Origin: Anaerobium acetethylicum
Lineage (GTDB): Bacteria; Bacillota; Clostridia; Lachnospirales; Lachnospiraceae
Direction: 5' to 3'
NCBI RefSeq assembly: GCF_900096945.1
Contig: NZ_FMKA01000001.1
Span: 426,291 to 490,290 of the forward strand
Length of the DNA stretch: 64,000 nucleotides
The notes beneath the pieces were generated by a model. It ran no database searches. It worked only from the letters and a program-made list of their open reading frames with translations, and was not told the origin of the DNA. Shown here piece after piece: positions 37,534 to 46,837 of the stretch. The stretch's first letter is position 1. Every line of letters begins with the position of its first letter. The position numbers and the translations under genes are program-made.

Positions 37534-39336
37534 TCAAATTTTAAGCCAGGCTGCGATCTTCTTCATTTCTTCCGGCTTCACCTTCAGGACCTTCCGGTCG
37601 TAGGTGAAAAATCCGTTTGTTTCATCCTCCACATCGCTGACCTGGGTATAGATCGATGCGCAGAGCCCATTTTTAATCTGTCCTGCAACCTCGTTCAGAT
37701 AAACCTCATTCAACGCATTTTGAAATTCCTGCTCTCCCTGAAAAAACCGGTACCCATATGTTTTTTTCGAATTGCAGGAATGGTCCTGCAGCTTGTACGA
37801 GTATCCGCCGAATTCTGAAAGCACGACAGGACGTCCCCCGCCGCTGACTGCAATCTTATCAAAATATACATGCCGGCTCAGGACATCGCTTGATTTCTGA
37901 TGGAACCATCCAGATCTGCTGATTACTATTCTTCCGTTATCTGACTTCTTCGCAGCCTCATACATCCTGTCGCTGTCGAATTGCCCCCAGCCTTCATTGA
38001 AAATGGTCCAGCAGCAGATAGAAGGATGATTATATAAATGTCTGATGGTTCTGCTCATATGCTTCTCGAAATTTCTCTTAACAGCCTTTGTCCTGAACTG
38101 TCTGGTATCATTACCCCCTGTATACCCCAGCGCAGGAAGGACGCTGTTCCTGAAATATGAATAGTGTCCCATATTCACCATATCCTGAAAAACCACCATT
38201 CCAAGCTTGTCACAAAGGTAATAATACCAGGCCGGCTCGATTTTTATATGTTTGCGAAGGGTATTGAATCCCAGTTCTTTCATAGTCTCGATATCCCTGC
38301 GATACCCCTTGATGCTGGCCGGAAGAAAAATTCCGTCGCTATGGTAGCCCTGATCCAGGACCCCGTGAAAAAAATAAGGTTTCCCATTCAGGCATAGCCG
38401 ACTGACGCCGCCCGACTCCATGACGGATATGGTTCTCAGCGCAAAGTAAGATGTAACCGCATCTCCCGGCGTTTTCATCTCAAATTCATATAAATAGGGA
38501 TCTTCCGGGGACCAGAGCCGGGGGTGTTCAATTGCTATCTTTATTTCCCGGCCCTCAAACCGCTTCCGGACAATTCCATCTTCCGTTTTTATCCATATTT
38601 CCTTCCATGACGCGGCAGAATCCACACGGATCGTGACCGAATCAAGAGAGGGGATTATCTTCAATCTGCGGATATAGTCATCTGATACGCTTTCCAGCCA
38701 TACGGTCTGCCAGATTCCCGAAACCGGAGTATACCACATACCCCCGCGCTTCCTCCTCTGCTTTCCGTAAGGAAGTGCATGGCTCAGGTGGTCCTTCACC
38801 TTAACGATTATCGTATTTTCTTCTTCCAGGCTGTCCGTGCTATCAATACTGAATGGCAGATATCCGCCTGCATGAGTCGTCATCTCTCTTCCATTCACAT
38901 AAACTGTCGCAATCTGGTCTGCGGCTCCAAAATGCAGGAGCACTTTATCTTTAACAAATCCTTCCGGAAGCATAAATTTTCTTCTGTAATACAGATACTG
39001 ATATCTGCCCGGCACCTTATGGATTCCCGAAAGCAGAGACTCTGGCGGGAAAGGAACTAAAATCTGCATCGGAAAGCTTTCTGGTATCTGCCGTCCTGAT
39101 GAGATTGCAAACTCCCATTTCCCGTTCAGATTCAGATAGGAATCCCTTTTCAGCTGCGGTCTCGGATACTCCTGCCAGGGCAGATCACACATAGTTTCTC
39201 CATCCGCAGTCATCAGATCACAATATCCCGCCTTTGGCGGGCCTGCTACTGCCCTTGCAACCTGATCAAAAAAGTTTGAAGCAAACAATGCCGCTTTGGA
39301 TTTCTCCGAAAATTCTTTACGTCTTTTTTCACCCAT
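37534..39336 (-). CDS. glycoside hydrolase family 2 protein
   Basis: GH2 sugar-binding and TIM-barrel regions; WTIFNEGWG acid/base motif. Confidence 0.8.
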   Translation of the reverse strand: MGEKRRKEFSEKSKAALFASNFFDQVARAVAGPPKAGYCDLMTADGETMCDLPWQEYPRPQLKRDSYLNLNGKWEFAISSGRQIPESFPMQILVPFPPESLLSGIHKVPGRYQYLYYRRKFMLPEGFVKDKVLLHFGAADQIATVYVNGREMTTHAGGYLPFSIDSTDSLEEENTIIVKVKDHLSHALPYGKQRRKRGGMWYTPVSGIWQTVWLESVSDDYIRRLKIIPSLDSVTIRVDSAASWKEIWIKTEDGIVRKRFEGREIKIAIEHPRLWSPEDPYLYEFEMKTPGDAVTSYFALRTISVMESGGVSRLCLNGKPYFFHGVLDQGYHSDGIFLPASIKGYRRDIETMKELGFNTLRKHIKIEPAWYYYLCDKLGMVVFQDMVNMGHYSYFRNSVLPALGYTGGNDTRQFRTKAVKRNFEKHMSRTIRHLYNHPSICCWTIFNEGWGQFDSDRMYEAAKKSDNGRIVISRSGWFHQKSSDVLSRHVYFDKIAVSGGGRPVVLSEFGGYSYKLQDHSCNSKKTYGYRFFQGEQEFQNALNEVYLNEVAGQIKNGLCASIYTQVSDVEDETNGFFTYDRKVLKVKPEEMKKIAAWLKI

Positions 39337-39614
39337 CTGAACTCACTCCATTACACAAGTGCTTTTCGATTACTGCCGCCTATAGATATATATTATCATA
39401 AAGATAACGAAAAATACACGATTCGCATGTATTTTTCACACAACAATATTGTTTTGAAATGAGCAGGAAACGCTTTGTTATTTATTCTTTATTCATCAGA
39501 CACTTACGAAGTTTCTTGATATGGTTTCCGAACATGTTATAATGAAAATATACAGGCCATTTGCAGCTATAATGGACACCATCCTGAATAACTGCTGCAC
39601 TATCACGGAGGAGG

Positions 39615-39809
39615 TTGCATACGATGAGTAAAGTAATATGCTCCTGCAAAAATGTAACAAAAAAGGATATTAAAAAATCCATTGAAAATGGCGCCACATC
39701 TTTTAAAGAGGTTAAGCAGGAAACCCATCTTGCAAAAGGGTGTGGAAAATGCAAAAAGAAGGCAAAGAAGATAGTTACAAAGGCATTGAAAAAAATGAAA
39801 TCGAAATGA
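39615..39809 (+). CDS. BFD-like [2Fe-2S]-binding small protein
   Basis: CSC...CGKC pattern; GGAGGAGG RBS. Confidence 0.65.
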   Translation: MHTMSKVICSCKNVTKKDIKKSIENGATSFKEVKQETHLAKGCGKCKKKAKKIVTKALKKMKSK

Positions 39810-39844
39810 AGTAATTTCAAAAGATTTTTATATTCAAACAACCT

Positions 39845-39890
39845 GATGAAGGCACTACTAGTCCTGTAAGCGACTAGTAGTGCCTTCATC
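39845..39890. terminator. bidirectional terminator between BFD-like gene and leuS
   Basis: gatgaaggcactactagtc-N8-gactagtagtgccttcatc, 19-bp stem. Confidence 0.7.
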
Positions 39891-39921
39891 TGATTGTAAT
39901 TTTATGAATTGTTCGGTTTTT

Positions 39922-42327
39922 CTATTTCATTACGATGTTGATGATTCTTCCCGGCACATAGATTTCCTTAACAACGTTTCCGGTAAGCTTGTCTGCAATC
40001 GCTTCCCTGCCGGCCGCAATTGCATCTTCTTTGCTGATGTCAGCAGCAATTTTAATGACCATACGTGTCTTGCCGTTAATCTGTACAGCAACTTCGATTT
40101 CGTCATCTTTCATGGCTTCCTCATCATGTTCAGGCCACTGGTTTTCGAATACTGAAGTTTCGTGACCAAGCTGCTCCCATAAGTCCTCTCCGATGTGAGG
40201 GATAAATGGTGCAAGAAGGATTACTGCCGTTTCAAGGGTCTCCTTGTCGATTCCGCCTTCCTTCTTTGCCAGATCGATGAGCTTATTGTTGTACTCCATG
40301 AATCCGCTGACTACCGTGTTGAGGCTGAAGCCTTCCAGACGGGAAGTGATGTCGTAAATCATCTTGTTTCTGACTTTGATCATTTCCTTCGTAGCAGGCA
40401 CATTCTTTTCTTTGTTGTCAGTTACCAGGTTCCAGAAACGGTTGATGAATCTGTAAACGCCGTCAATGCCCCTGTCATCCCATTCTGAATCGAGTTCAGG
40501 CGGTCCAACAAAAAGTTCATACATTCTTAAGGAATCGCAGCCATAATCGTTGACAAGTTCGTCAGGAGAAACAACATTTCCTTTTGACTTGCTCATTTTT
40601 GCTCCGTCCTTGCCGATCATTCCCTGATTGAAGAGCCTTGTGAAAGGTTCGTCGAAGTCTATCACTCCGATATCATTCAGGAATTTCGTATAGAACCTTG
40701 AGTACAGAAGATGGAGAACAGCATGTTCCACCCCGCCGATGTACATATCTACCGGAAGAAGTTTCTCAGCTTTTTCTTTTGAAACAAGCTCTTCCGTATT
40801 GTGGCTGTCTACATAACGCAGGAAATACCATGAGGAGCCTGCCCACTGAGGCATTGTGTTTGTTTCCCTCTTTGCAGGACCGCCGCATACAGGACAGGTG
40901 GTGTTGACCCATTCATGAATGTCTGCAAGAGGTGATTCTCCTGTTCCCGTAGGCTGATAAGATTCAACTTCAGGAAGAAGCAATGGAAGCTGGTCTTCCG
41001 GTACAGGCACGGCTCCGCAGTGTTCGCAGTGAACGATTGGAATCGGTTCACCCCAGTAGCGTTGTCTTGAGAATACCCAGTCCCTTAATTTGTAGTTTGT
41101 AGTCTTTTTGCCGATTCCTCTTGATTCCAGGATTCCAGGAACGTCGCGCTTCGCGTCTGCTGAATTCATTCCGTTGAATTCTCCGGAATTGATCATGATT
41201 CCTGCTTCCGTATAGGCTTCGGTCAGGTTTTCTACTTCAACGCCGTCTTTGGCGATTACCTGGATGATCGGAATATTGAATTTCGTTGCGAAGTCAAAGT
41301 CCCTGTCATCGTGGGCAGGCACGCACATGATTGCGCCTGTACCGTAGTCAGCCAGTACATAGTCTGAAATCCAGATTGGAACCATTGCTCCGTTTAATGG
41401 GTTCACTGCATAGCTTCCTGTGAATACGCCTGTTTTTTCCTTGTCCTGAAGACGGTCAACGGATGATCTCATGGAAGCTTTAAAAATATAGTCTTCCACT
41501 TCTGCTTTTTTATCATCTGTCGCAAGCGATTTTGCAAGTTCATGTTCCGGTGCCAGGACCATGAATGTTGCGCCATAAAGGGTATCCGGCCTTGTCGTGT
41601 AGACCTTCACGGTTTCTTCCCTGCCCTCTACCGCAAAATCAACTTCTGCGCCGTAGCTCTTGCCGATCCAGTCAGACTGCATCTTCTTCACTTTTTCAGG
41701 CCAGTCGAGCTTATCAAGGTCGTCTAACAATCTGTCTGCATAAGCGGTGATTTTAAGCATCCACTGTCTTAAGTTTTTCTTTGTTACAGGTGATCCGCAG
41801 CGTTCGCATTCGCCGTTAACAACTTCTTCATTTGCGAGACCTGTCTTACATGACGGACACCAGTTGATCGGCATCTGCTTTTCATATGCAAGGCCGGCTT
41901 TGAACATTTTAACGAAAATCCACTGGGTCCATTTGTAGAATTCAGGATCCGTTGTGTTTACTTCCATATCCCAGTCGTAGATTGCTGCGATTTCATTGAT
42001 CTGCCTCTTGATGTTTGCAACATTCTCGGCTGTGGATTTTTTAGGATGCACGCCCATCTTGATTGCATAATTTTCAGCCGGAAGGCCGAATGCATCCCAT
42101 CCCATTGGATGGATGATGTAGTAGCCCTTGAGCATTTTGTAACGGCTCCATACATCGCTGATTACATATCCCCTCCAGTGCCCAACATGGAGACCGCTGC
42201 CTGATGGATACGGGAACATATCCAGACAGTAATACTTTGGTTTCTTTCCATCATTTACATTTACGGGATTTGCTTCCCATTTCTTGCGCCATTTCGATTC
42301 TACTTCCTTATGATTATAAGATGACAT
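39922..42327 (-). CDS. leuS: leucine--tRNA ligase
   Basis: 801 aa; HVGH and KMSKS motifs. Confidence 0.97.
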   Translation of the reverse strand: MSSYNHKEVESKWRKKWEANPVNVNDGKKPKYYCLDMFPYPSGSGLHVGHWRGYVISDVWSRYKMLKGYYIIHPMGWDAFGLPAENYAIKMGVHPKKSTAENVANIKRQINEIAAIYDWDMEVNTTDPEFYKWTQWIFVKMFKAGLAYEKQMPINWCPSCKTGLANEEVVNGECERCGSPVTKKNLRQWMLKITAYADRLLDDLDKLDWPEKVKKMQSDWIGKSYGAEVDFAVEGREETVKVYTTRPDTLYGATFMVLAPEHELAKSLATDDKKAEVEDYIFKASMRSSVDRLQDKEKTGVFTGSYAVNPLNGAMVPIWISDYVLADYGTGAIMCVPAHDDRDFDFATKFNIPIIQVIAKDGVEVENLTEAYTEAGIMINSGEFNGMNSADAKRDVPGILESRGIGKKTTNYKLRDWVFSRQRYWGEPIPIVHCEHCGAVPVPEDQLPLLLPEVESYQPTGTGESPLADIHEWVNTTCPVCGGPAKRETNTMPQWAGSSWYFLRYVDSHNTEELVSKEKAEKLLPVDMYIGGVEHAVLHLLYSRFYTKFLNDIGVIDFDEPFTRLFNQGMIGKDGAKMSKSKGNVVSPDELVNDYGCDSLRMYELFVGPPELDSEWDDRGIDGVYRFINRFWNLVTDNKEKNVPATKEMIKVRNKMIYDITSRLEGFSLNTVVSGFMEYNNKLIDLAKKEGGIDKETLETAVILLAPFIPHIGEDLWEQLGHETSVFENQWPEHDEEAMKDDEIEVAVQINGKTRMVIKIAADISKEDAIAAGREAIADKLTGNVVKEIYVPGRIINIVMK

Positions 42328-42404
42328 TTTTATTCCTCCTGAAATTTATTATTATTCTGAGTGATTTTGATTTATGGGAAATTCGTAGAATTTCCTATAA
42401 AGAC

Positions 42405-42514
42405 TAGCGTGTCAAAAGCCCTCTCGCAACCTTCGGCTTCGTCAATTTGCACATTCGCCATCCAGCAAGCAGTGATGCAAAACATGATTCAATGAGCAGC
42501 TTTATGAAGACGTT
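42405..42514 (+). repeat. family B repeat, truncated copy B1
   Basis: gtgtcaaaagccc...ttcgtcaatttgcacatt...gtgatgcaaa...tgaagacgt; aligns to 60928..61080. Confidence 0.6.
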
Positions 42515-42515
42515 G

Positions 42516-42657
42516 GTAACCATTCCGGACTACGTCCTTCATAGTTACATATGATGCACACAAATTGCAGGAACTGCAATTTGGTGCACGCCGAACTCGG
42601 GTTTTTATGCAAAAGCAGCATAAAAACACCTCGCGTCACCGGACTTCTGAACAGTCA
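42516..42657 (+). mobile_element. family A element copy A2 (diverged termini, no TSD)
   Basis: gtaaccattccggactacgtccttcatag...caaattgcag-gaa-ctgcaatttg...ttttatgc..gcataaaa...ttctgaacagtc. Confidence 0.75.
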
Positions 42658-42671
42658 AACCATTGGTACGC

Positions 42672-42823
42672 AAGGCCGCTAAATGCGCGGCCCTACGTAC
42701 CACTACGTCTTCATCTAAGCGAGAGCGCGCTGCGAATGAACATGTTTTGCATCACGTCCTCATTCTCGAAACTTGTGCAAATTGACGAACACTATTTTGT
42801 AAATGGGCTTTTGACACTCCACT
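42672..42823 (-). repeat. family B repeat copy B2 (inverted relative to B1)
   Basis: rc aligns over ~150 nt to 60928..61080 (gtggagtgtcaaa...gatgaagacgtagtggtacgtagggccgc). Confidence 0.65.
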
Positions 42824-42833
42824 CCTATAAATC

Positions 42834-43150
42834 AAAAAAGCCTTTTCATCCTGAACATATTCCTATATTCATAGAGACGAAAAGGCTGAACTCGCGGTAC
42901 CACTCTAATTCATCCTGCACTGCAGGATGCACTCATTTTTCTATAACGGGAATCAGCCGCCTTTTTCTACTCAGGAACGATATCTTTACAGCCTGATGTT
43001 ATCCCGGCATGTATGAAATCTTCAGTTTCAAAAAAGGAACTCCAAGGCGAGTTGGGAGTTTTCAGGTACTGCCTCACACCTTCCGGCAGTTCTCTGGGAC
43101 CTTATGACTCTTAATACTCCTCTTCACAGTATTTACAATATTGCACTAAA
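42834..43150 (-). ncRNA. T-box riboswitch leader, candidate Leu (CUC) specifier, with terminator hairpin + U-tract
   Basis: minus-strand AATTAGAGTGGTACCGCG (plus 42893-42910); terminator agccttttc/gaaaaggct + U6 at 42834-42887; AGUA and AGAGA stem-I elements; CUC in candidate specifier loop. Confidence 0.7.
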
Positions 43151-43154
43151 AATA

Positions 43155-43183
43155 ATTTTAAGCACTTGCTGTCCTTTTGTCAA
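43155..43183 (-). promoter_or_regulatory. promoter of T-box leader (TTGACA-17-TAAAAT)
   Basis: consensus -35 and near-consensus -10 on minus strand. Confidence 0.5.
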
Positions 43184-43258
43184 GGACTTTATCTGACAAC
43201 TCGCATTAACTAAGTAACCAACAGTAACCCGATCCATCCTCCCGACTTTCACATGAGA

Positions 43259-44995
43259 TTACCGGTTATCGAACTGGCTGCTGTATAATTTGTAATAGAA
43301 CCCTTTCTTTGCAATAAGCTCCTCATGCCTGCCCTGCTCGACAATCTGTCCGTAATTCATGACAAGTATCATGTCCGCCTCCCTGATGGTGGACAGCCTG
43401 TGTGCGATGACAAAGCTGGTCCTGCCCTTCATAATCTCGCGGAAGGCTTTCTGTATATACATCTCCGTCCTGCTGTCAATGCTGCTTGTGGCTTCATCGA
43501 GGACCAGCATCGGAGGCGATGCAAGCATCACCCTTGCAATGGTCAGCAGCTGCTTCTGTCCCGCTGACAGATTCCTTCCATCCTCCTCAACTTCCGTATC
43601 ATAGCCGTCCTGCATTTTTTTAATGAAATCATGGGCATGGGCTGATTTTGCCGCATTCATAATCTCTTCTCTTGATGAATCAGGCTTTCCATATGCGATA
43701 TTCTCTGCTATGGTTCCCTGGAAAAGCCAGGTATCCTGAAGCACCATGCCGATATTACGACGAAGGCTGTCCTTGGTAAAGCTCCTTGTATCTTTGCCAT
43801 CCAGCAGGATTGTTCCATCGTTTATATCATAAAACCTCATCAGAAGGTTCACGAGGGTGGTCTTTCCTGCGCCAGTAGGCCCGACAATTGCAACCGTATC
43901 CCCTGCCCCTACCCTGAGTGTAAGATCTTTAATCAGAGGCTCTTTCGGTTTATAGCCGAAAGAGACATGGTTAAATTCGATATTGCCGCCAAAGCCCTCA
44001 AGTTCCACGGCACCTGCCTCTTCCGGCTGGGCTTCCTCATCCAGGAAGCCGAATATCCTTCCTGCTGAAGCCAAAGCCGATTGGAACTGGGTCATTATGC
44101 TCGTAATTTCATTGATCGGTTTTGCAAACTGACCTGAATAGGAAATGAAAGATGCGATACTGCCTACCGATAGTCTCCCGTTTAAGGCCATGATCCCTCC
44201 GGTAACCGCAACAGCCATAAATGACAGATTGTTGATAAACCTTGTGGTCGGATTTGTCAGCGAGGAATACCACTGGGCCTTCTGTCCGCATTCATAAAGC
44301 CTTGCATTGATTTCGCCAAATCTGTCGATCGACCGTTCCTCATAACCGATTGCCCTGACTATCTTCTGACTGCCTATAATCTCCTCCACATAGCCGTTCA
44401 GCTCTCCCATGGTCTTTGACTGTTCCTTAAACATCTTCTGGGACATTTTCGAAACAAAGGATGCAATCAGAAAGCAGACTGGTGTTACGAATACAACGAT
44501 GATAGTAATTACAGGGCTGATTGACAGCATGAACAGAAAAGTCCCAAGAACAATTACTGTTCCTGACACGATCTGAGTTATTCCCTGAAAAAGCCCCTCT
44601 GAAATGGCATCGATATCATTGGTCATTCTGTTTATGATATCTCCATGAGATCTGCTGTCGAAATATTTAAGTGGAAGAACCTCGAGCTTTTCAAAGGCGT
44701 CTTTCCTGATATCCCTGATGGTATTGTAGGCTACCCTGTTGCTGAATATTGCAAGCAGCCACTGGAACAGTGCGCTAAATATATATAGGACAGCCAGCAG
44801 GGCCACTATCTTCAGCAGTCCCTTGAAATCAACGTTTCCGGTCCCTGCCATCAGGTCGATTCCCCGGCCTGCAATCAGCGGGCCGACCAGGGCTAATGTG
44901 TTTCCCAGCACTGCGGCAACAATCACAAATATGAAAAGCGCCTTATATTTTCCGGCATATGCCCAGAGCCTTTTTATTGTTTTTCTTCCTGTCAT
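43259..44995 (-). CDS. ABC exporter, fused permease-ATPase (type I exporter half-transporter)
   Basis: 6 TM + NBD (Walker A GPTGAGKTT, LSAGQKQ); translationally coupled to upstream partner. Confidence 0.9.
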   Translation of the reverse strand: MTGRKTIKRLWAYAGKYKALFIFVIVAAVLGNTLALVGPLIAGRGIDLMAGTGNVDFKGLLKIVALLAVLYIFSALFQWLLAIFSNRVAYNTIRDIRKDAFEKLEVLPLKYFDSRSHGDIINRMTNDIDAISEGLFQGITQIVSGTVIVLGTFLFMLSISPVITIIVVFVTPVCFLIASFVSKMSQKMFKEQSKTMGELNGYVEEIIGSQKIVRAIGYEERSIDRFGEINARLYECGQKAQWYSSLTNPTTRFINNLSFMAVAVTGGIMALNGRLSVGSIASFISYSGQFAKPINEITSIMTQFQSALASAGRIFGFLDEEAQPEEAGAVELEGFGGNIEFNHVSFGYKPKEPLIKDLTLRVGAGDTVAIVGPTGAGKTTLVNLLMRFYDINDGTILLDGKDTRSFTKDSLRRNIGMVLQDTWLFQGTIAENIAYGKPDSSREEIMNAAKSAHAHDFIKKMQDGYDTEVEEDGRNLSAGQKQLLTIARVMLASPPMLVLDEATSSIDSRTEMYIQKAFREIMKGRTSFVIAHRLSTIREADMILVMNYGQIVEQGRHEELIAKKGFYYKLYSSQFDNR

Positions 44996-46782
44996 TGGTC
45001 GACCCCCTCTTCCTGAGGCTGCAAATCACAGATTTCCCTGTAGATTTCGCAGCTTCGGTATAATTCTTCATGGGTGCCGATGCCTGCCGCTTCTCCATCA
45101 TTCATTACAATGATCCTGTCGGCTTCCTTCATAGTATTCGTCCTCTGCGAAACGACAAAACAGGTCATCCTGTCTGTCTTTTCTTTCAGGGCATCTCTGA
45201 GCGCCCTTTCCGTGGCGTAGTCAAGGGCATTGAAGCTGTCGTCAAGAATCAGTATTTCCGGTTCTTTCACAAGAGCTCTCGCTATGGCGAGGCGCTGCCT
45301 CTGTCCGCCGGAAAGGTTAACGCCGCCGCGGCTGACTATAGTTTCGTAGCCGCCTGGGAGCCTCTCTATAAATTCCGCAGCCTGTGCCGTTGCAGCAGCC
45401 TGCAGGATTTCAGGCTGCGTTGCATGTTCCTTTCCCCATCTGATATTTTCAGCAATCGTTCCGCTGAAAAGAACCGCCTTCTGTGGCACGACGCCTATCC
45501 TGTCAACCAGATCCTTTTTCTTGAAATCTCTGACATCTTTTCCGCAGATAAGCACCTTGCCTTCGTCTGCATCATAAAACCTTGGAATCATATTTACAAG
45601 GGTGGATTTTCCAGAACCGGTTCCACCGATGATTCCAATCGTCTCGCCGCGCCTGACACTGAAACTGATATTTTTCAGGGCATATTCACTGCCTCCTGCA
45701 TAGGTCATTGATACATTTCTGAATTCCAGTACCGGTTCCATTACTCTTCCCTGTTTTTCTGTCTCAGCATATGATACCGTTTCCATTTCGCTCTCGCCCA
45801 GGCATAGATTTTCCGGGGATTCGGGATCCAAAATGGATGGCTTTGCATCCAGCACTTCCGCAATCCTTCCCAGGGATGCGAATGCCCTGGTATATAGGAC
45901 CACAAGCTGGGAGATGACAATCAGTGCCGCCAGTATCATGGTGAGGTAGTTGATGAAAGCGATAACGGCTCCCGTCTGAATCGCCCCTGCATTGACTCTG
46001 ATGCCGCCAAACCAGATGACTGCTGCAATCGACAGATTCATAACAAGGGTCGTCATCGGGTTCAGCAGCGACGAAATGCTTCCAACCCTTATTGCGGTCC
46101 TGCTGTATTCTTCATTAACAGCTGTAAACCTGCGGGACTCGTCGCTCTTTTTTGCAAAGGCCAGAATGACCCTGACACCCGAAAGGTTTTCACGTATTAC
46201 AAGCGTCAGCTGATCGAGCTTCCTCTGCACCTGCCTGTACAGCGGGACAGTCTTTATCATGGTAACGGCCAGGATCAGGATAAATACAGGCAGCACAGTC
46301 ATGATAATAACGGACAATTCTACGTCTAACGACACCGCCATCACTACTCCGCCAATACAAAGGAACGGCGCCCTGATTACAAGCCTGATCAGCATCGCCA
46401 CACCAAGCTGCACCTGGTTCACATCGGAGGTGATCCTGTTAACAAGAGATGCCGTTCCAAATCTGTCAAGCTCTGTGTTCGAAAGCATTGCAACATGGCT
46501 GAACATGGCATTTCTCAGATCTGTCCCGAACCCCTGGGATACTTTCGAAGCCGTGTACTGGCAGACCAGGGCACAGCAGACGCCGGTCAGAGCAATCGCT
46601 GCCATCTTACCCCCCATGCCAATTATATAATTCCTATCCCCTGATGCCACCCCCACATCTATGATTTTTGCCATATAGAGGGGCAGCATAAGTTCAAGAA
46701 CTGCTTCTGCAAGTTTGAAGGAAGGTCCTATAATCAGTTCCTTCCAGTATTTTTTCAGGTATTTAATAAGATATCTCATCAT
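44992..46782 (-). CDS. ABC exporter, fused permease-ATPase (heterodimer partner)
   Basis: 6 TM + NBD (GGTGSGKST, LSGGQRQR); 4-nt overlap with downstream gene. Confidence 0.9.
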   Translation of the reverse strand: MMRYLIKYLKKYWKELIIGPSFKLAEAVLELMLPLYMAKIIDVGVASGDRNYIIGMGGKMAAIALTGVCCALVCQYTASKVSQGFGTDLRNAMFSHVAMLSNTELDRFGTASLVNRITSDVNQVQLGVAMLIRLVIRAPFLCIGGVVMAVSLDVELSVIIMTVLPVFILILAVTMIKTVPLYRQVQRKLDQLTLVIRENLSGVRVILAFAKKSDESRRFTAVNEEYSRTAIRVGSISSLLNPMTTLVMNLSIAAVIWFGGIRVNAGAIQTGAVIAFINYLTMILAALIVISQLVVLYTRAFASLGRIAEVLDAKPSILDPESPENLCLGESEMETVSYAETEKQGRVMEPVLEFRNVSMTYAGGSEYALKNISFSVRRGETIGIIGGTGSGKSTLVNMIPRFYDADEGKVLICGKDVRDFKKKDLVDRIGVVPQKAVLFSGTIAENIRWGKEHATQPEILQAAATAQAAEFIERLPGGYETIVSRGGVNLSGGQRQRLAIARALVKEPEILILDDSFNALDYATERALRDALKEKTDRMTCFVVSQRTNTMKEADRIIVMNDGEAAGIGTHEELYRSCEIYREICDLQPQEEGVDQ

Positions 46783-46837
46783 CTTTATTCCTTTATTTGT
46801 TATTCAGTCTACAAATGAAGTTTTGAACGGACCACTG

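Noticed and set aside
42565-42996. 143-aa plus-strand ORF spanning repeat A2, repeat B2 and the T-box leader
   Set aside because: It lies entirely within repeat elements and a riboswitch. No RBS and no coding-like composition.
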